Below, in pieces: positions 1 to 9,802 of a stretch of DNA of 64,000 nt (the first letter of the stretch is position 1; each line of letters opens with the position of its first letter). Below the pieces are notes generated by a model. It saw only the letters and a list, made by a program, of their open reading frames with translations. It searched no databases and was not told the DNA's origin. This stretch comes from Kiritimatiellia bacterium. Its GTDB lineage: Bacteria > Verrucomicrobiota > Kiritimatiellia > RFP12 > UBA1067. The stretch spans positions 3,085-67,084 of the forward strand of contig JAZTWW010000043.1 in assembly GCA_045636065.1 (NCBI GenBank), read 5' to 3'. Made by a program: the position numbers and the translations under genes.

Positions 1-2
1 AT

Positions 3-3000
3 AAAAAGCTATCCACTTCCTCTGGCTTTATCCTTTCATGTGAATTGGATTCTGCTTACGCCGACAACCTGAAAAAGCATGAAACCGGCGGAAGCGCCTT
101 GACGGATGCCAATTATTGGCAGGGAACGGTCTTGTTCTGCAATAGGAACGTTAATAACTTGGAACTTACTAACTACGGCAATGCCCAATCCAAAATCAGG
201 TTCAATGGCGTAACCGGTTCGCTGATGGGCGGAAAGACTTTTGACGGAACTTTGGAACTTGTGGATTATGACGGTGCGCCAGCATTCAATCTTAGTTCCG
301 GCAGCAGCAGTTATGGCGTGGCAATCGGCTCGGTGACTGGCACTGGTATGTTCAAGACGTCAGGATCCGTCAGTGCACTCAATATACTCCTTAAGGACAT
401 TTCCGACTGGACAGGCTCTTTTGACTTGGCATCCAAGACTGTTGCGATTGGCTCGTCCATTCCTTCGTCCTATACCGGCAACGATGGCAGATTGCATATC
501 TGCCAGGCGGCAACGGTGGTTGATGGCGCAACTTGGAAGGCGGATGGCGGCCTGTATCTCGGCGCTGGCGGCGCACTCACGGTGAATGGTGCGGTCGAGG
601 CGAAGAATGTCACGACATACGGCGAGGGTGCATCCATTACGCTTGAAGATGGCGCCGTGCTTCAGGTGTCCGCGGCATCGGCAAGTGATTCTGTGCCAAC
701 GCTCAGCTTCAAGGCCGGTACTTTCCGAGTCAAGGAAGGTGCGGATGCGTTCAGGGAGACTGCGACCATCAACTTCTGCGCGGGTAGCGGCAAGCGCACG
801 GTGATAGATGCTAACGGCTGCACGCTTACGCTCGGCCCGAATGTCTTCTCCGGTTCTGGCGATGTGTATCTCACGTCGTCCAAGTCTGGCGGAAAGATCG
901 TGGTTGAAGGCATTCCCGCCGCCTACACCGGCACGATATACTGCGATATTTCGTGCGAAGTGTCGCTTGGCGATCTCTCCAAGGCGACCAACTGCAACAT
1001 CGATGTCGCCGACATTATCCTTTCGCGCAGTTCGGGCGATATAGGCAATCTCACCATTGGCCTTGGAGCAACGCTTGAGGTAACCGTCACTAAAGACAAT
1101 CAAATCAATGGTTGCACAATCGACAGCGTTACGCTGAACAATGGCGCCACGATGGTGCTCAAGGATAAGGCTGGGCAAGTGCTTGAGACCTTCACGGCCG
1201 AGGATGCTGTGGACGGCAAGTATATTCTCGCGGCCGACTCGTCTATCTCCGTTGAATATCTGCTTGATTATGAATTCAACGGCAATATGACATCTGTCGG
1301 AACCGATACGACCGGCCTCAGCATCTGGAATGGAACGGCGTCCTACGATTCGGCGTCCCAGAAGATTTACATGAGGTGCAAACCTTATATCAATAAGACG
1401 TTTGCGATGCCGGATGATGAATGGACGGTGTTTATGAGGTGTACGTTGCCTGTCGCTGACAGTTCGGCGCCCACGATGATGCTGATGTTCGGCAAGAATG
1501 GCGGAAGCGTATTCGGATTGGTCGCAGGTACTGGCGAAAATACCGTAGCGCTTGCCAGCAAGGATGGTCTTATAGGCGAAGCGGTTCAGGTAAGCGATGC
1601 GACTACCAAGCAGCACCTTTATACGATTGTCAAGACTGAAAACCGGGTACGTCTTTATGTGGATGGCGTGTTGAAGGTTGACGAATCTGCTACTGTGTCC
1701 GTGTCCAAGGAGTTTCAGATTGGATCTGTCAAGAATGGCAATAATACTTCGTACCAACCTTGTGACGATGCAAATGCACTAATCGACTTCCTCAAGTTCT
1801 ATGACTTTGCTGTCGGTCAGGAACTGATTGATGCAGAAGTGGTGCCGGACGATGATCCCGACCCTGTTGTCGATCCTGATGCGACACCTCTTGAAGAGTC
1901 GGAAGGTTTCGTGACGAGCGAGTATCAGTTGGCGTTCAAGAACGCGACTTTGAGCCAGCTAACGGCAGAGACACTGGGCGGCAAGTTCAGCGGCGGATGG
2001 GTTACGAACAAAGGCAAGGATGCTACATTCTGCAATTTCGTCAATGGCGGCTCAACGATGACTTGCGAGGCGCAGATTGATGGTGAATATAGCGAAAGCA
2101 CGCCGATTATCAAGGCGATATGCCTTGAATTCGCGCAAGAGGACGATGATATATATGTGAAGGCGACCGAAGTCAAGTGGAAAGCAAACTCCACGCTTGG
2201 TCAAGCGCTTACACCTGTTTACAATCCTGGCACGCTGGCGACCACTGCAGATGCAGATGGCTATGCTTTTTACAATCTGACGCTTGCCCGTTCTGAAGAA
2301 TCGGACTACTCTGGCCCTGCGCCAATAGCTGTCTGGGTTGCGGGTGAATTCGGCGACGACAGGAGCGCGCATGGCGGATTGGAGTTCGCGCTCAACGGCA
2401 ACACGACAAATGCACTGGGGCAGATTGTAATTGGCAGCGACACCACGCTTGGTGCGACTGTTGCGGTTCCGACCGGGACTCTCCCGAGAATGACGATGCT
2501 GGTGAAGTATTCGGTGCCTGCCGGTGGTGCACCGGTCGCCCAGTCGGTTCCAGCGTCTCTCTTCTCGACGTATGACATGGGTGCTCTTGCGGGTGCGGGT
2601 TCAAGCGCACTTGCCGGGTATTGGCTCAACGGTTCGACTGTCAGCACAGGATCTTATGCTTTCTCCGATCCGGCTCAGACCATGCCGCAGGAAGGGTACA
2701 TCCTTATTTCTAACTGGACCACGACTCCGAATAGTGGAGACCACGGTACTGCGGTCTACTCTGGTGAAACGCTTTCCGAGCTTGTTGGCGGAGAAGTGAC
2801 GGGCTTGCGGTTTACTGGTGCCGACAAATCCATAACCGCTATCGGTGTTGGCGGCCCGACCGTCGCAGGGGCGAAGCCTTGGGCTGGCATGGTCGTCGAG
2901 AGCGTGGCGCTTTTTGACGAGTGGGTTGCGACGAACGTAATTGCGAACTACAAATTCCCGGCGCAAGGAGCGGTTCAGCCCGAGGATTCCGACTACTCTG

Positions 3001-6000
3001 GCCCTGCGCCAATAGCCGTTTGGGTCGCGGGCGAGTTCGACGACGACAGGAGCGCACATGGCGGATGTGAGTTCGCGCTGAATGGCAACACCACGAATGC
3101 GGTGGGCGAAATCGTCATCGGCAACTCCACCACACTCGGCGCGACGATAGCAGTGCCGGATTATGACAATGTAACGATGCTCGTGAAGTACGAGATTCCG
3201 TCTGGTGGCGCGCCAGCGGCAAATTCCGTTCCTGCGTCCGTGTTTGTGACCAAGGAAATGGGTGCTCTCGCTGGCAGCGGTTCTTCCGCCCTTGAAGGTT
3301 ATTGGCTGAATGGCTCCAATGTAACCGCTGGTTACGCTTTTTCGTCGACTGCGCCGTCGATTCCCCAGGAAGGATATCTCCTCATCTCTGTTCCTGCGAA
3401 TTCGAATCAGAATCCTGACAATCACTACACGGCCGCGTATGTCGGTGAAACTGTTTCGGCGTTGTCCGGCGGCGAGACTTCCGGTTTGAGATTCACGGGT
3501 GATAACAACCGCGTAACCAGTATTGGTGTTGGCGGCCCGACTGTCGCCGGCGCCGTGCCTTGGGCGGGCATGGTGATCAAGGGCGTTGCACTTTTCGACT
3601 CGTGGCTCACACCTGATGACATCAAGGGCTACCAGTTCCCAGAGCAGGGTGCGGTACAGCCAGAGGATTCCGACCGTTATGTTGTCGAGCCTGTCGCAAG
3701 CTGGGTCAATGACTTCAAGACAACCGAGAAGAATGGCTGCACGCTATCCGTCAGCGGCACGACTGCCGCCAAGGACGATGCGTTCGGCGGCACGCTCACC
3801 ATCGGCGATTCTGCGGCGGTGATTGATACAGCATCGGCTGATGCGCTTACTGTTCTTGTAAAATATAGGTCGGCACCAGCGATTCATAGTGCTCCAGTGG
3901 TCACGTTTGGTGGCCAGGCCGCTGTGACATTTGACTCGGGTATCTGCACTGATACGTCTGCGGATAGACAATTGGTGGCATACTACAGCTTTATCTACAA
4001 CAACAACCGGATGAGAGGTATGTATGCTGTCGATGGCAATCCAACTTTGTCGTCCGATGGCGGATATTTGGTCTGTGCAAGGAAATACAATGCATGCCTA
4101 GCCTATGTTGGCGATTCGCTGGACAATATGACAGGTGGAGAATGCACAACGGGGATGCAGATTTCCAATAGCACCTTGCGGAAGATTGGAATTGGCGGCC
4201 AGACCGAACTCTCCAACAATGATGCAAACATGGTGCCTTTCACTGGCTTCGTCGTTGAAAAGGTCGTTGTCTTCAACGGCTATTACACGCCTGATCAGAT
4301 TCGCTACATCCCGATTCCTGAAGACGGCGACACGGTCAATATTGCAGACAATACAACATGGAAGTTTGCCGCGACTGATACTCCTCGTGAATATACGAAT
4401 ATCGGCACTCTTTCGTCCTCCGGCACGATTGCAATCACCAATGCTGCCGAGCTGACGGAGGGCACTTATCCTCTCGCGACCTGGACGACGGCGCAGAAGA
4501 AGTCGACCGGTTACGGCCATGTTGGCACACTTGACACCACAGGACTCCCTGCCGGACTTTCCGCCGAACTCGTTTATGGCGCAAAGGCAATCTACTTGCG
4601 CGTCTGGAATCCGACAACACAGGCGGCGAAGGGCACCATCAAGGTTTGGCCGTATGGCGACTCGATCACCGAAGGCTTCAACGCCGGCGGCACGAGGGCC
4701 AACTATCGCGTCCTTCTTGCCCAGAAGCTCACTATGCTCGGCTATAACGTCGAGATGGTCGGCTGTTACGACAAGATAAACAACGCGGAAGGCATCGATC
4801 CTTCGGGACAGGCTATTCCCGATGCCTGGAAGTGGCACTCTGCAAAGCACGGCGCGACGGCAGGTCCGACGACAAGTGCGGCGGGCAGGGCCAATCTCTG
4901 CGAGAATGTCGACACCTTGTGTGCACAGGCGGGCAATCCCGATGTTGTGCTGCTGCTCGCAGGCGCCAATGACATAGTTCCGGCGACCGGACGCTCTGCC
5001 CAGCAGGTTGTGTCTTCAATCACGAACATTGTCGCGCATATTGCGATGAACCTTCCGGATACGAAGATTGTCGTCGGCAATCAGATCAATGTCGAGCAGG
5101 GGTATAATTCCGGCAACTACAACCATGTGGTCAGCATGATTCCTCAAGTCAATGCGCTTTTGAAGGACTATACTGATGCATTGCCGGAAGAACTGGTCGG
5201 CAAGGTGTTCCTTGCGGATCTCAACTCCTACGTCAAGAGCGGCGAATACGGCATTCTGTTCGATCATGGCAGCGACCACCTCCATCCCGACTGGTGGGGT
5301 CACGACCAGATGGCGGAAGGATGGCTCTCGGTTGTCACCAACCAGTTCACTGCGACCCAGACCTTCCCGTCCGCGACAATTCCTACCGCGCCCACTGCCG
5401 AGGAACTTGGCGCGGCGGCTAAGACGGAGCTTGACGCATATCGCCAAGGCTTCAAGCTGGCTCGTAGGATTGATGCCGGGAGCAACCTCGATACCACCAA
5501 TCCCTATGCCTACTCTGGCGATGGTGCGACGGAGGATATAGAGAAGGTTGGCTACTTTGTCGAATATGTCCGTGCCGACAACAACGCCCACAAGTGGGTG
5601 TGGGTCGATATGGATGCGTTCGGAACGACAATCGGCGATGTCGGTCTGCCCACCGCAAACCATCAGCAAGTCGTGACCAAACTCCACGTCAAGTCCAACC
5701 ACAACGGCATCGACGAAGTCGCGGCAAACGACGATTCCGTCTCTGGTTTCATTGAATTCTCGCCATTTGATTACAACGGCAATGTTTCTGGCGTGTCCGG
5801 CGCGCCGGCAGGCAATGGCTCTTGCTGCGACTGGAACGATACGCTTTCTGAATCCGGCTCCTACAGCTGCATGCAGGTGCACCGTGTATTCTCTCCTGCT
5901 AAGGCGGCGCCGGACGGAATAACGCGTGGCGGTCAGGTGCTCTTCGCCTACAACAACTGGCAGTCCAGCTCGTCTGCGGCGGAATTCGGCATCGGCAACT

Positions 6001-6524
6001 TCTCGTCGCACTTCTATCGCGGCGCAAACGACGCGCAGACTCTCGACTACACCTACACGGCCAACGCATCCAAGATGAACGCCTCGGCGTATTCGGTCAA
6101 GCGCATCGAAATCTGGACAAAGGCGGTGGGCGGCGATGAGCCGGAAGAGAAAACGACATCGACGACGGACTTCCCCGTGCCGTATTCGTGGATCGAGGCG
6201 TATGTTCCGGGCATCGCGGGTTATCCAGACGCAATGTACGAAACAGTGGCTAAATCCGCTGGCGCCAATGGCTACTCTTATTGGGAAAGCTATGTGCTGG
6301 GGCTTGACCCGACCAATGCGCTCAGCAAGTTCACGGCGACGATTCGCATGGAAGGGCAGAAGCCTGTCATCGAGTATTTCCCGACGAACGAAGTCCTGAA
6401 GGCGAGCGGCGCGATTGAGTATATCCTCCAGGGCAAGCCTGCGCTCTCGAACGACTGGCAGGATGTCGAGTTCGACGAGCCTGGCGACACAAACCGTTTC
6501 TTCCGTGTAAAAGTTACATGGTGA
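3..6524 (+). CDS. Giant secreted multi-domain protein, 5'-truncated by the window: passenger-like region, LamG/ConA-like domain, repeated beta-rich domain x2-3, SGNH/GDSL esterase, C-terminal sorting-like domain
   Basis: Frame is open from base 3, so the TTG at 45 is probably not the true start. SGNH blocks YGDSITEG, LLLAGAND and DHLHPD lie at ~4650-5290. LamG-like pattern HLYTIVK...VRLYVDG...IDFLKFYD. C-terminus VPYSW...ANGYSYWESYVLGLDPT...FFRVKVTW. Confidence 0.8.
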   Translation, partial: KKLSTSSGFILSCELDSAYADNLKKHETGGSALTDANYWQGTVLFCNRNVNNLELTNYGNAQSKIRFNGVTGSLMGGKTFDGTLELVDYDGAPAFNLSSGSSSYGVAIGSVTGTGMFKTSGSVSALNILLKDISDWTGSFDLASKTVAIGSSIPSSYTGNDGRLHICQAATVVDGATWKADGGLYLGAGGALTVNGAVEAKNVTTYGEGASITLEDGAVLQVSAASASDSVPTLSFKAGTFRVKEGADAFRETATINFCAGSGKRTVIDANGCTLTLGPNVFSGSGDVYLTSSKSGGKIVVEGIPAAYTGTIYCDISCEVSLGDLSKATNCNIDVADIILSRSSGDIGNLTIGLGATLEVTVTKDNQINGCTIDSVTLNNGATMVLKDKAGQVLETFTAEDAVDGKYILAADSSISVEYLLDYEFNGNMTSVGTDTTGLSIWNGTASYDSASQKIYMRCKPYINKTFAMPDDEWTVFMRCTLPVADSSAPTMMLMFGKNGGSVFGLVAGTGENTVALASKDGLIGEAVQVSDATTKQHLYTIVKTENRVRLYVDGVLKVDESATVSVSKEFQIGSVKNGNNTSYQPCDDANALIDFLKFYDFAVGQELIDAEVVPDDDPDPVVDPDATPLEESEGFVTSEYQLAFKNATLSQLTAETLGGKFSGGWVTNKGKDATFCNFVNGGSTMTCEAQIDGEYSESTPIIKAICLEFAQEDDDIYVKATEVKWKANSTLGQALTPVYNPGTLATTADADGYAFYNLTLARSEESDYSGPAPIAVWVAGEFGDDRSAHGGLEFALNGNTTNALGQIVIGSDTTLGATVAVPTGTLPRMTMLVKYSVPAGGAPVAQSVPASLFSTYDMGALAGAGSSALAGYWLNGSTVSTGSYAFSDPAQTMPQEGYILISNWTTTPNSGDHGTAVYSGETLSELVGGEVTGLRFTGADKSITAIGVGGPTVAGAKPWAGMVVESVALFDEWVATNVIANYKFPAQGAVQPEDSDYSGPAPIAVWVAGEFDDDRSAHGGCEFALNGNTTNAVGEIVIGNSTTLGATIAVPDYDNVTMLVKYEIPSGGAPAANSVPASVFVTKEMGALAGSGSSALEGYWLNGSNVTAGYAFSSTAPSIPQEGYLLISVPANSNQNPDNHYTAAYVGETVSALSGGETSGLRFTGDNNRVTSIGVGGPTVAGAVPWAGMVIKGVALFDSWLTPDDIKGYQFPEQGAVQPEDSDRYVVEPVASWVNDFKTTEKNGCTLSVSGTTAAKDDAFGGTLTIGDSAAVIDTASADALTVLVKYRSAPAIHSAPVVTFGGQAAVTFDSGICTDTSADRQLVAYYSFIYNNNRMRGMYAVDGNPTLSSDGGYLVCARKYNACLAYVGDSLDNMTGGECTTGMQISNSTLRKIGIGGQTELSNNDANMVPFTGFVVEKVVVFNGYYTPDQIRYIPIPEDGDTVNIADNTTWKFAATDTPREYTNIGTLSSSGTIAITNAAELTEGTYPLATWTTAQKKSTGYGHVGTLDTTGLPAGLSAELVYGAKAIYLRVWNPTTQAAKGTIKVWPYGDSITEGFNAGGTRANYRVLLAQKLTMLGYNVEMVGCYDKINNAEGIDPSGQAIPDAWKWHSAKHGATAGPTTSAAGRANLCENVDTLCAQAGNPDVVLLLAGANDIVPATGRSAQQVVSSITNIVAHIAMNLPDTKIVVGNQINVEQGYNSGNYNHVVSMIPQVNALLKDYTDALPEELVGKVFLADLNSYVKSGEYGILFDHGSDHLHPDWWGHDQMAEGWLSVVTNQFTATQTFPSATIPTAPTAEELGAAAKTELDAYRQGFKLARRIDAGSNLDTTNPYAYSGDGATEDIEKVGYFVEYVRADNNAHKWVWVDMDAFGTTIGDVGLPTANHQQVVTKLHVKSNHNGIDEVAANDDSVSGFIEFSPFDYNGNVSGVSGAPAGNGSCCDWNDTLSESGSYSCMQVHRVFSPAKAAPDGITRGGQVLFAYNNWQSSSSAAEFGIGNFSSHFYRGANDAQTLDYTYTANASKMNASAYSVKRIEIWTKAVGGDEPEEKTTSTTDFPVPYSWIEAYVPGIAGYPDAMYETVAKSAGANGYSYWESYVLGLDPTNALSKFTATIRMEGQKPVIEYFPTNEVLKASGAIEYILQGKPALSNDWQDVEFDEPGDTNRFFRVKVTW
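2301..3668 (+). repeat. Intragenic tandem duplication of a ~228-aa domain (2301-2987, 2988-3668), with a diverged third copy to ~4310
   Basis: Both units start SDYSGPAPIAVWVAGEF.DDRSAHGG.EFALNGNTTNA and end GVGGPTVAGA.PWAGMV...GAVQPEDSD. The DNA is near-identical at the unit starts. Confidence 0.9.
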
Positions 6525-6551
6525 ATACAATGAAATAAGAAGGAGACAAAG

Positions 6552-8135
6552 ATGAAAAAAATATTCGTTGCTATTGCGCTTGTCGCAGCCTTCGCGGCGC
6601 ATGCCGGCGAAAAGACGAAGGTCGCTTGTATCGGCGACTCGATAACCTACGGCTACGGGCTGGCAGACCGCGCGACGGAGTCGTATCCCGCGCAGCTCCA
6701 GAAGATGCTCGACGAGAAATTCCCCGGCCAGTACGAGGTCCGCAACTTCGGCAACTCCGGACGCGGAATCTACCTCGACTCCATGCGCGGCAGCGAGAAG
6801 CGGGGCTTCCGCTATATGCCCGAACACAAGGCGGCACTCGAATGGAAGCCCGACATCGTCATCTGCAACCTCGGCATCAACGACAACGGCGAGTACATCA
6901 AGGAATACACCGGCGGCAGAAAGCGCGGACAGTTCGTGCAAGACTACGCTACAATGCTGGCCGACTACGTGAAGGACGGCCGCAAGCCCCAGTTCTACAT
7001 CTGGACCAAGCTCGCGCCTCTCGCGCCCGGCCAGAATTTCTACCGCAGCCCGGAGCCTTTCCTGATGCAGACCGATCTTGAAAGGGTCGCCCGCGTGTCG
7101 CACGCGCGCGGAATCGACATGCAGGAGCCGCTCAGGGAGAAGATGGACGAGATTCTCGCCAAGGACAAGATACATCCCAACGCCGAGGGCGCGCGCATAA
7201 TAGCAGAGACGACCTTCAAGGCCATGACCTCGCCCGCCCAGGAGCTCATCGAGCTGCCCGAGACATTCAAGACGGCAAGACCGCACGAACTGTGGCTCTG
7301 CGCGGGACAGTCCAACATGCAGAAGGGCTGGAACGAGTTCAACGCCTACCCCGCTGAAAAGGAGCGCGTCAAGAAGGAGATGGAGCGTCTTGCGAAGTGC
7401 AACATCTGGTTCTGGGACTTCAATGACGGTAGGTGGAGGCAGCTTACGCCCGAGAACGCCCTGCGCAAGAGCGCCTTCGGCGTATCGTTCGCGATCCGAC
7501 GCGCCGAAGCGACCGGCAAGGCGATTTTCATGCTCTATGTCGCGGCGGGCGGCGCCCCGACGGAATCGTTCCTCTCCGAGCAGACGATGTGCGCCGTCGG
7601 CAAGGACGGAAAACCGGTCTATCCGCACCTCGCGGCGATCGCGACGAACCGCCACCGCCTCGACCAGAACAGGGACTTCCCCTGCGCATGGGTCGCGAGG
7701 GAGTATCCGCGCCGCAGGGCGAACAGGGAAGAAGCCTACTGGTGGCCGGTGTCGCTCATGTACGACAAGGGAATCAAGCGCATCAAAGACAGCCGCATAC
7801 CCCTCGACGGCATACTCTGGTACCAGGGCGAATCGAACGCGACGACTTGCGTTGCGCCCGATACGCCCACCGATCGCGACTACCAGCTTGAAACTCTGCG
7901 CGCGCTTGTCTCCGAACTTCGCGGCGACAGGAAGATTCCGTTCATCATGATGGGCCTGCCGAAGATGAACCGTCCGTGGGAACAGTACCGCGACGTTCAG
8001 CGCGAGGTCTGCGAGGAGACCGGCGCGATTTTCGTCGATACGTTCGCCGCAGGGCTGGGCGAGATGAACGACGTGCATCCGCGGGACAAGACGGCGTTCG
8101 CGGAACTTGCGGTAAAGGCGGCGTCGTCGCGCTGA
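6552..8135 (+). CDS. Secreted two-domain esterase: SGNH/GDSL domain plus sialate O-acetylesterase (SASA)-like domain
   Basis: Signal peptide MKKIFVAIALVAAFAAHA. GDSITYG...LGIND...DKIHPN, then CAGQSNM...WYQGESN...DVHPRDK. AGGAG RBS upstream. Confidence 0.85.
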   Translation: MKKIFVAIALVAAFAAHAGEKTKVACIGDSITYGYGLADRATESYPAQLQKMLDEKFPGQYEVRNFGNSGRGIYLDSMRGSEKRGFRYMPEHKAALEWKPDIVICNLGINDNGEYIKEYTGGRKRGQFVQDYATMLADYVKDGRKPQFYIWTKLAPLAPGQNFYRSPEPFLMQTDLERVARVSHARGIDMQEPLREKMDEILAKDKIHPNAEGARIIAETTFKAMTSPAQELIELPETFKTARPHELWLCAGQSNMQKGWNEFNAYPAEKERVKKEMERLAKCNIWFWDFNDGRWRQLTPENALRKSAFGVSFAIRRAEATGKAIFMLYVAAGGAPTESFLSEQTMCAVGKDGKPVYPHLAAIATNRHRLDQNRDFPCAWVAREYPRRRANREEAYWWPVSLMYDKGIKRIKDSRIPLDGILWYQGESNATTCVAPDTPTDRDYQLETLRALVSELRGDRKIPFIMMGLPKMNRPWEQYRDVQREVCEETGAIFVDTFAAGLGEMNDVHPRDKTAFAELAVKAASSR

Positions 8136-8599
8136 TGGAATTCGCGGCCATCGATTTCGAGACGACCGGCGAAGTGCTGAGAGGCGTCCGGGCCGTCGTA
8201 CTTCCTGAACGACGTGTCGATCCATCCGGGCGAGATCGAGTTGACGCGGACGCGCCCTGCGAGGCTGGCGGCGAGCGCGTGCGTGAGCGCGGCGATTCCG
8301 CCCTTGGCGGCGGTGTAGCTCTCCGTCTGCGGCTGGCTCATCCTGTCGCGCGAAGACGAGATGTTGATGATTGATGCGCCCTTGGAGAAGTGGTCCTTGA
8401 AGAGCTTTGCGAGATAGAAGGGGGCCGTGACGCCAACCGCCTGCGCGTAGGCAAACTCCTCGTATGTGCATCCGTCGATGCCTTTGAAAAGCGGCATCGC
8501 GGCATTCATCATGTCGGGCGTTCCGTCTTCGCTGTACGTGCCGATCATCAGCACGGGCATCGGGAACATCCAGTTCTTCTTTCCAAGGTTCTTCTTCAT
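7997..8599 (-). pseudogene. Chimeric remnant: flavin reductase-like N-terminus fused to an internal short-chain dehydrogenase (SDR) fragment
   Basis: First ~34 aa MKKNLGKKNWMFPMPVLMIGTYSEDGTPDMMNAA are flavin reductase-like. Then SDR motifs IINISS...YTAAKGG...VNSISPGWIDT with no TGxxxGIG. SDR homology ends near 8165. Confidence 0.7.
8135..8170 (+). pseudogene. 12-codon remnant of a DEDDh (DnaQ-like) 3'-5' exonuclease
   Basis: ATG overlaps the previous stop (TGATG). Encodes MEFAAIDFETTG (ExoI motif), then runs into the antisense strand of an SDR fragment. Confidence 0.6.
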
Positions 8600-8700
8600 C
8601 GTCTTGTTCCTTTCATTTTCCGAAATTCACTACGCCCTGCTCGCGGTTGCGGCGTTTGCGGACGCGTTTCCCCTGTTGCAGTAGCTCATTGGAATTGCCC

Positions 8701-9453
8701 TCAACCGCAGATCAATTTGCCGACGACCGGGATGCGGCGCAGCAGGATTGCCGCGACCGACGAACAGGCAAATGACGCAGCGGCGGTCGCGAGAATCGCA
8801 AGTGGCGTCGGGAGATGCGGGCTCAACTTCGCGAACACGGCGGCGAGAATGAACATGTGCATGAGATACATGCCATATGACGCCTCCGAAACGGGACGCA
8901 CCACCTTGAGGTAGAACCATCCGCCGAAGTTCAATTTCCTGAAGATCATGAACGCCGCAATCGTCGTGAAGGCGACACCGAGCGAACAATACTCGATACT
9001 CGTCTCCATCACGACTGCGGTCGAGTATGGCGCGGAGAACGGGAACTTGTCTACGGAGAGGAAAAACGGAATCCCCATGATCGCCGCACCGACGAGCCAC
9101 AGTGGGGTTGCAGCGCGTAACGTCGCCGCCCATCCGCGCTCCGGCGAAAACAGCCGGAACCAGAGTCCCAGCAGCATGTAGCCAATGAATCCACTCACAT
9201 AGTGGCAGATGCACTCCGTCACCGTGATCCACAGCATGTCCCAGCTGCTCGCGATGTGCGTGATGTTGGGCTCCACGCCGCCAAGATAGAATGGTTCGGC
9301 GGCGTGTATGGCCATAACCATGAAGCAGGCGGCAACCCGCATCCAGTCCAGAAAGACTATTCGCACGTTGTTCATAGACTTGTTGCGCGCCTGGGATTCG
9401 CCGGCGAATGCCGCCATCAGGTTCGCTTCCGTCTTGGAGCCTTTGAGTTCCAT
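8701..9453 (-). pseudogene. Chimeric remnant: rubrerythrin N-terminus (25 aa) fused in frame to an internally shortened acyltransferase-3 family gene (own ATG at 9375)
   Basis: MELKGSKTEANLMAAFAGESQARNK is a rubrerythrin start. RIVFLDWMRVAACFMVMAIH...GYMLLG...SYGMYLMH is Acyl_transf_3, but the part is only ~224 aa and lacks the usual VPLF-x-x-x-SG segment. Confidence 0.7.
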
Positions 9454-9606
9454 GGATCTGTTCCTTTCTTGGTTGTTGGATGTGCATAATTATACCAAAT
9501 TTCCTGCAGCGGCAATCGTATTATCATCCTCAAGATTGCGGCTAAAGCTCTTCTCCGATATTTTTCGTATCGTTCATCGCAAGAGCAACATTTATGAACT
9601 TTGCCA

Positions 9607-9635
9607 TTGACACCGCAGGGCGGTTTATATATAAT
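9607..9635 (+). promoter_or_regulatory. Perfect sigma70 consensus promoter
   Basis: TTGACA (9607-9612), 17-bp spacer, TATAAT (9630-9635). Confidence 0.75.
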
Positions 9636-9740
9636 AACGTGCACATATGGATATTATGCCCTCGAACGGTGAAATTAAGGCGATGACGGACGAAAAGAGA
9701 TTGTCGAAACTCGATATCGACGGCATGAAGGCGCGGGTGT

Positions 9741-9770
9741 GTAACCTTTCGCCGCATGGCGTGTAAACAG
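9741..9770 (+). promoter_or_regulatory. Island 30-bp motif copy (putative ECF-sigma promoter or cassette boundary)
   Basis: GTAACCTTTCGCCGCATGGCGTGTAAACAG, followed by an AAAGGAG RBS and ATG 9803. Confidence 0.65.
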
Positions 9771-9802
9771 AGCAGAAACAATTTCAACAAAGGAGAAAAA
9801 CC

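Noticed and set aside
5016-8471. 1151-aa minus-strand ORF and other long antisense ORFs (e.g. 16344-19070, 20046-23117, 13038-15401, 29609-31594)
   Set aside because: They shadow well-supported + strand genes, have Arg/Val-rich non-protein-like composition and no motifs; expected in GC-rich DNA with strong codon bias.
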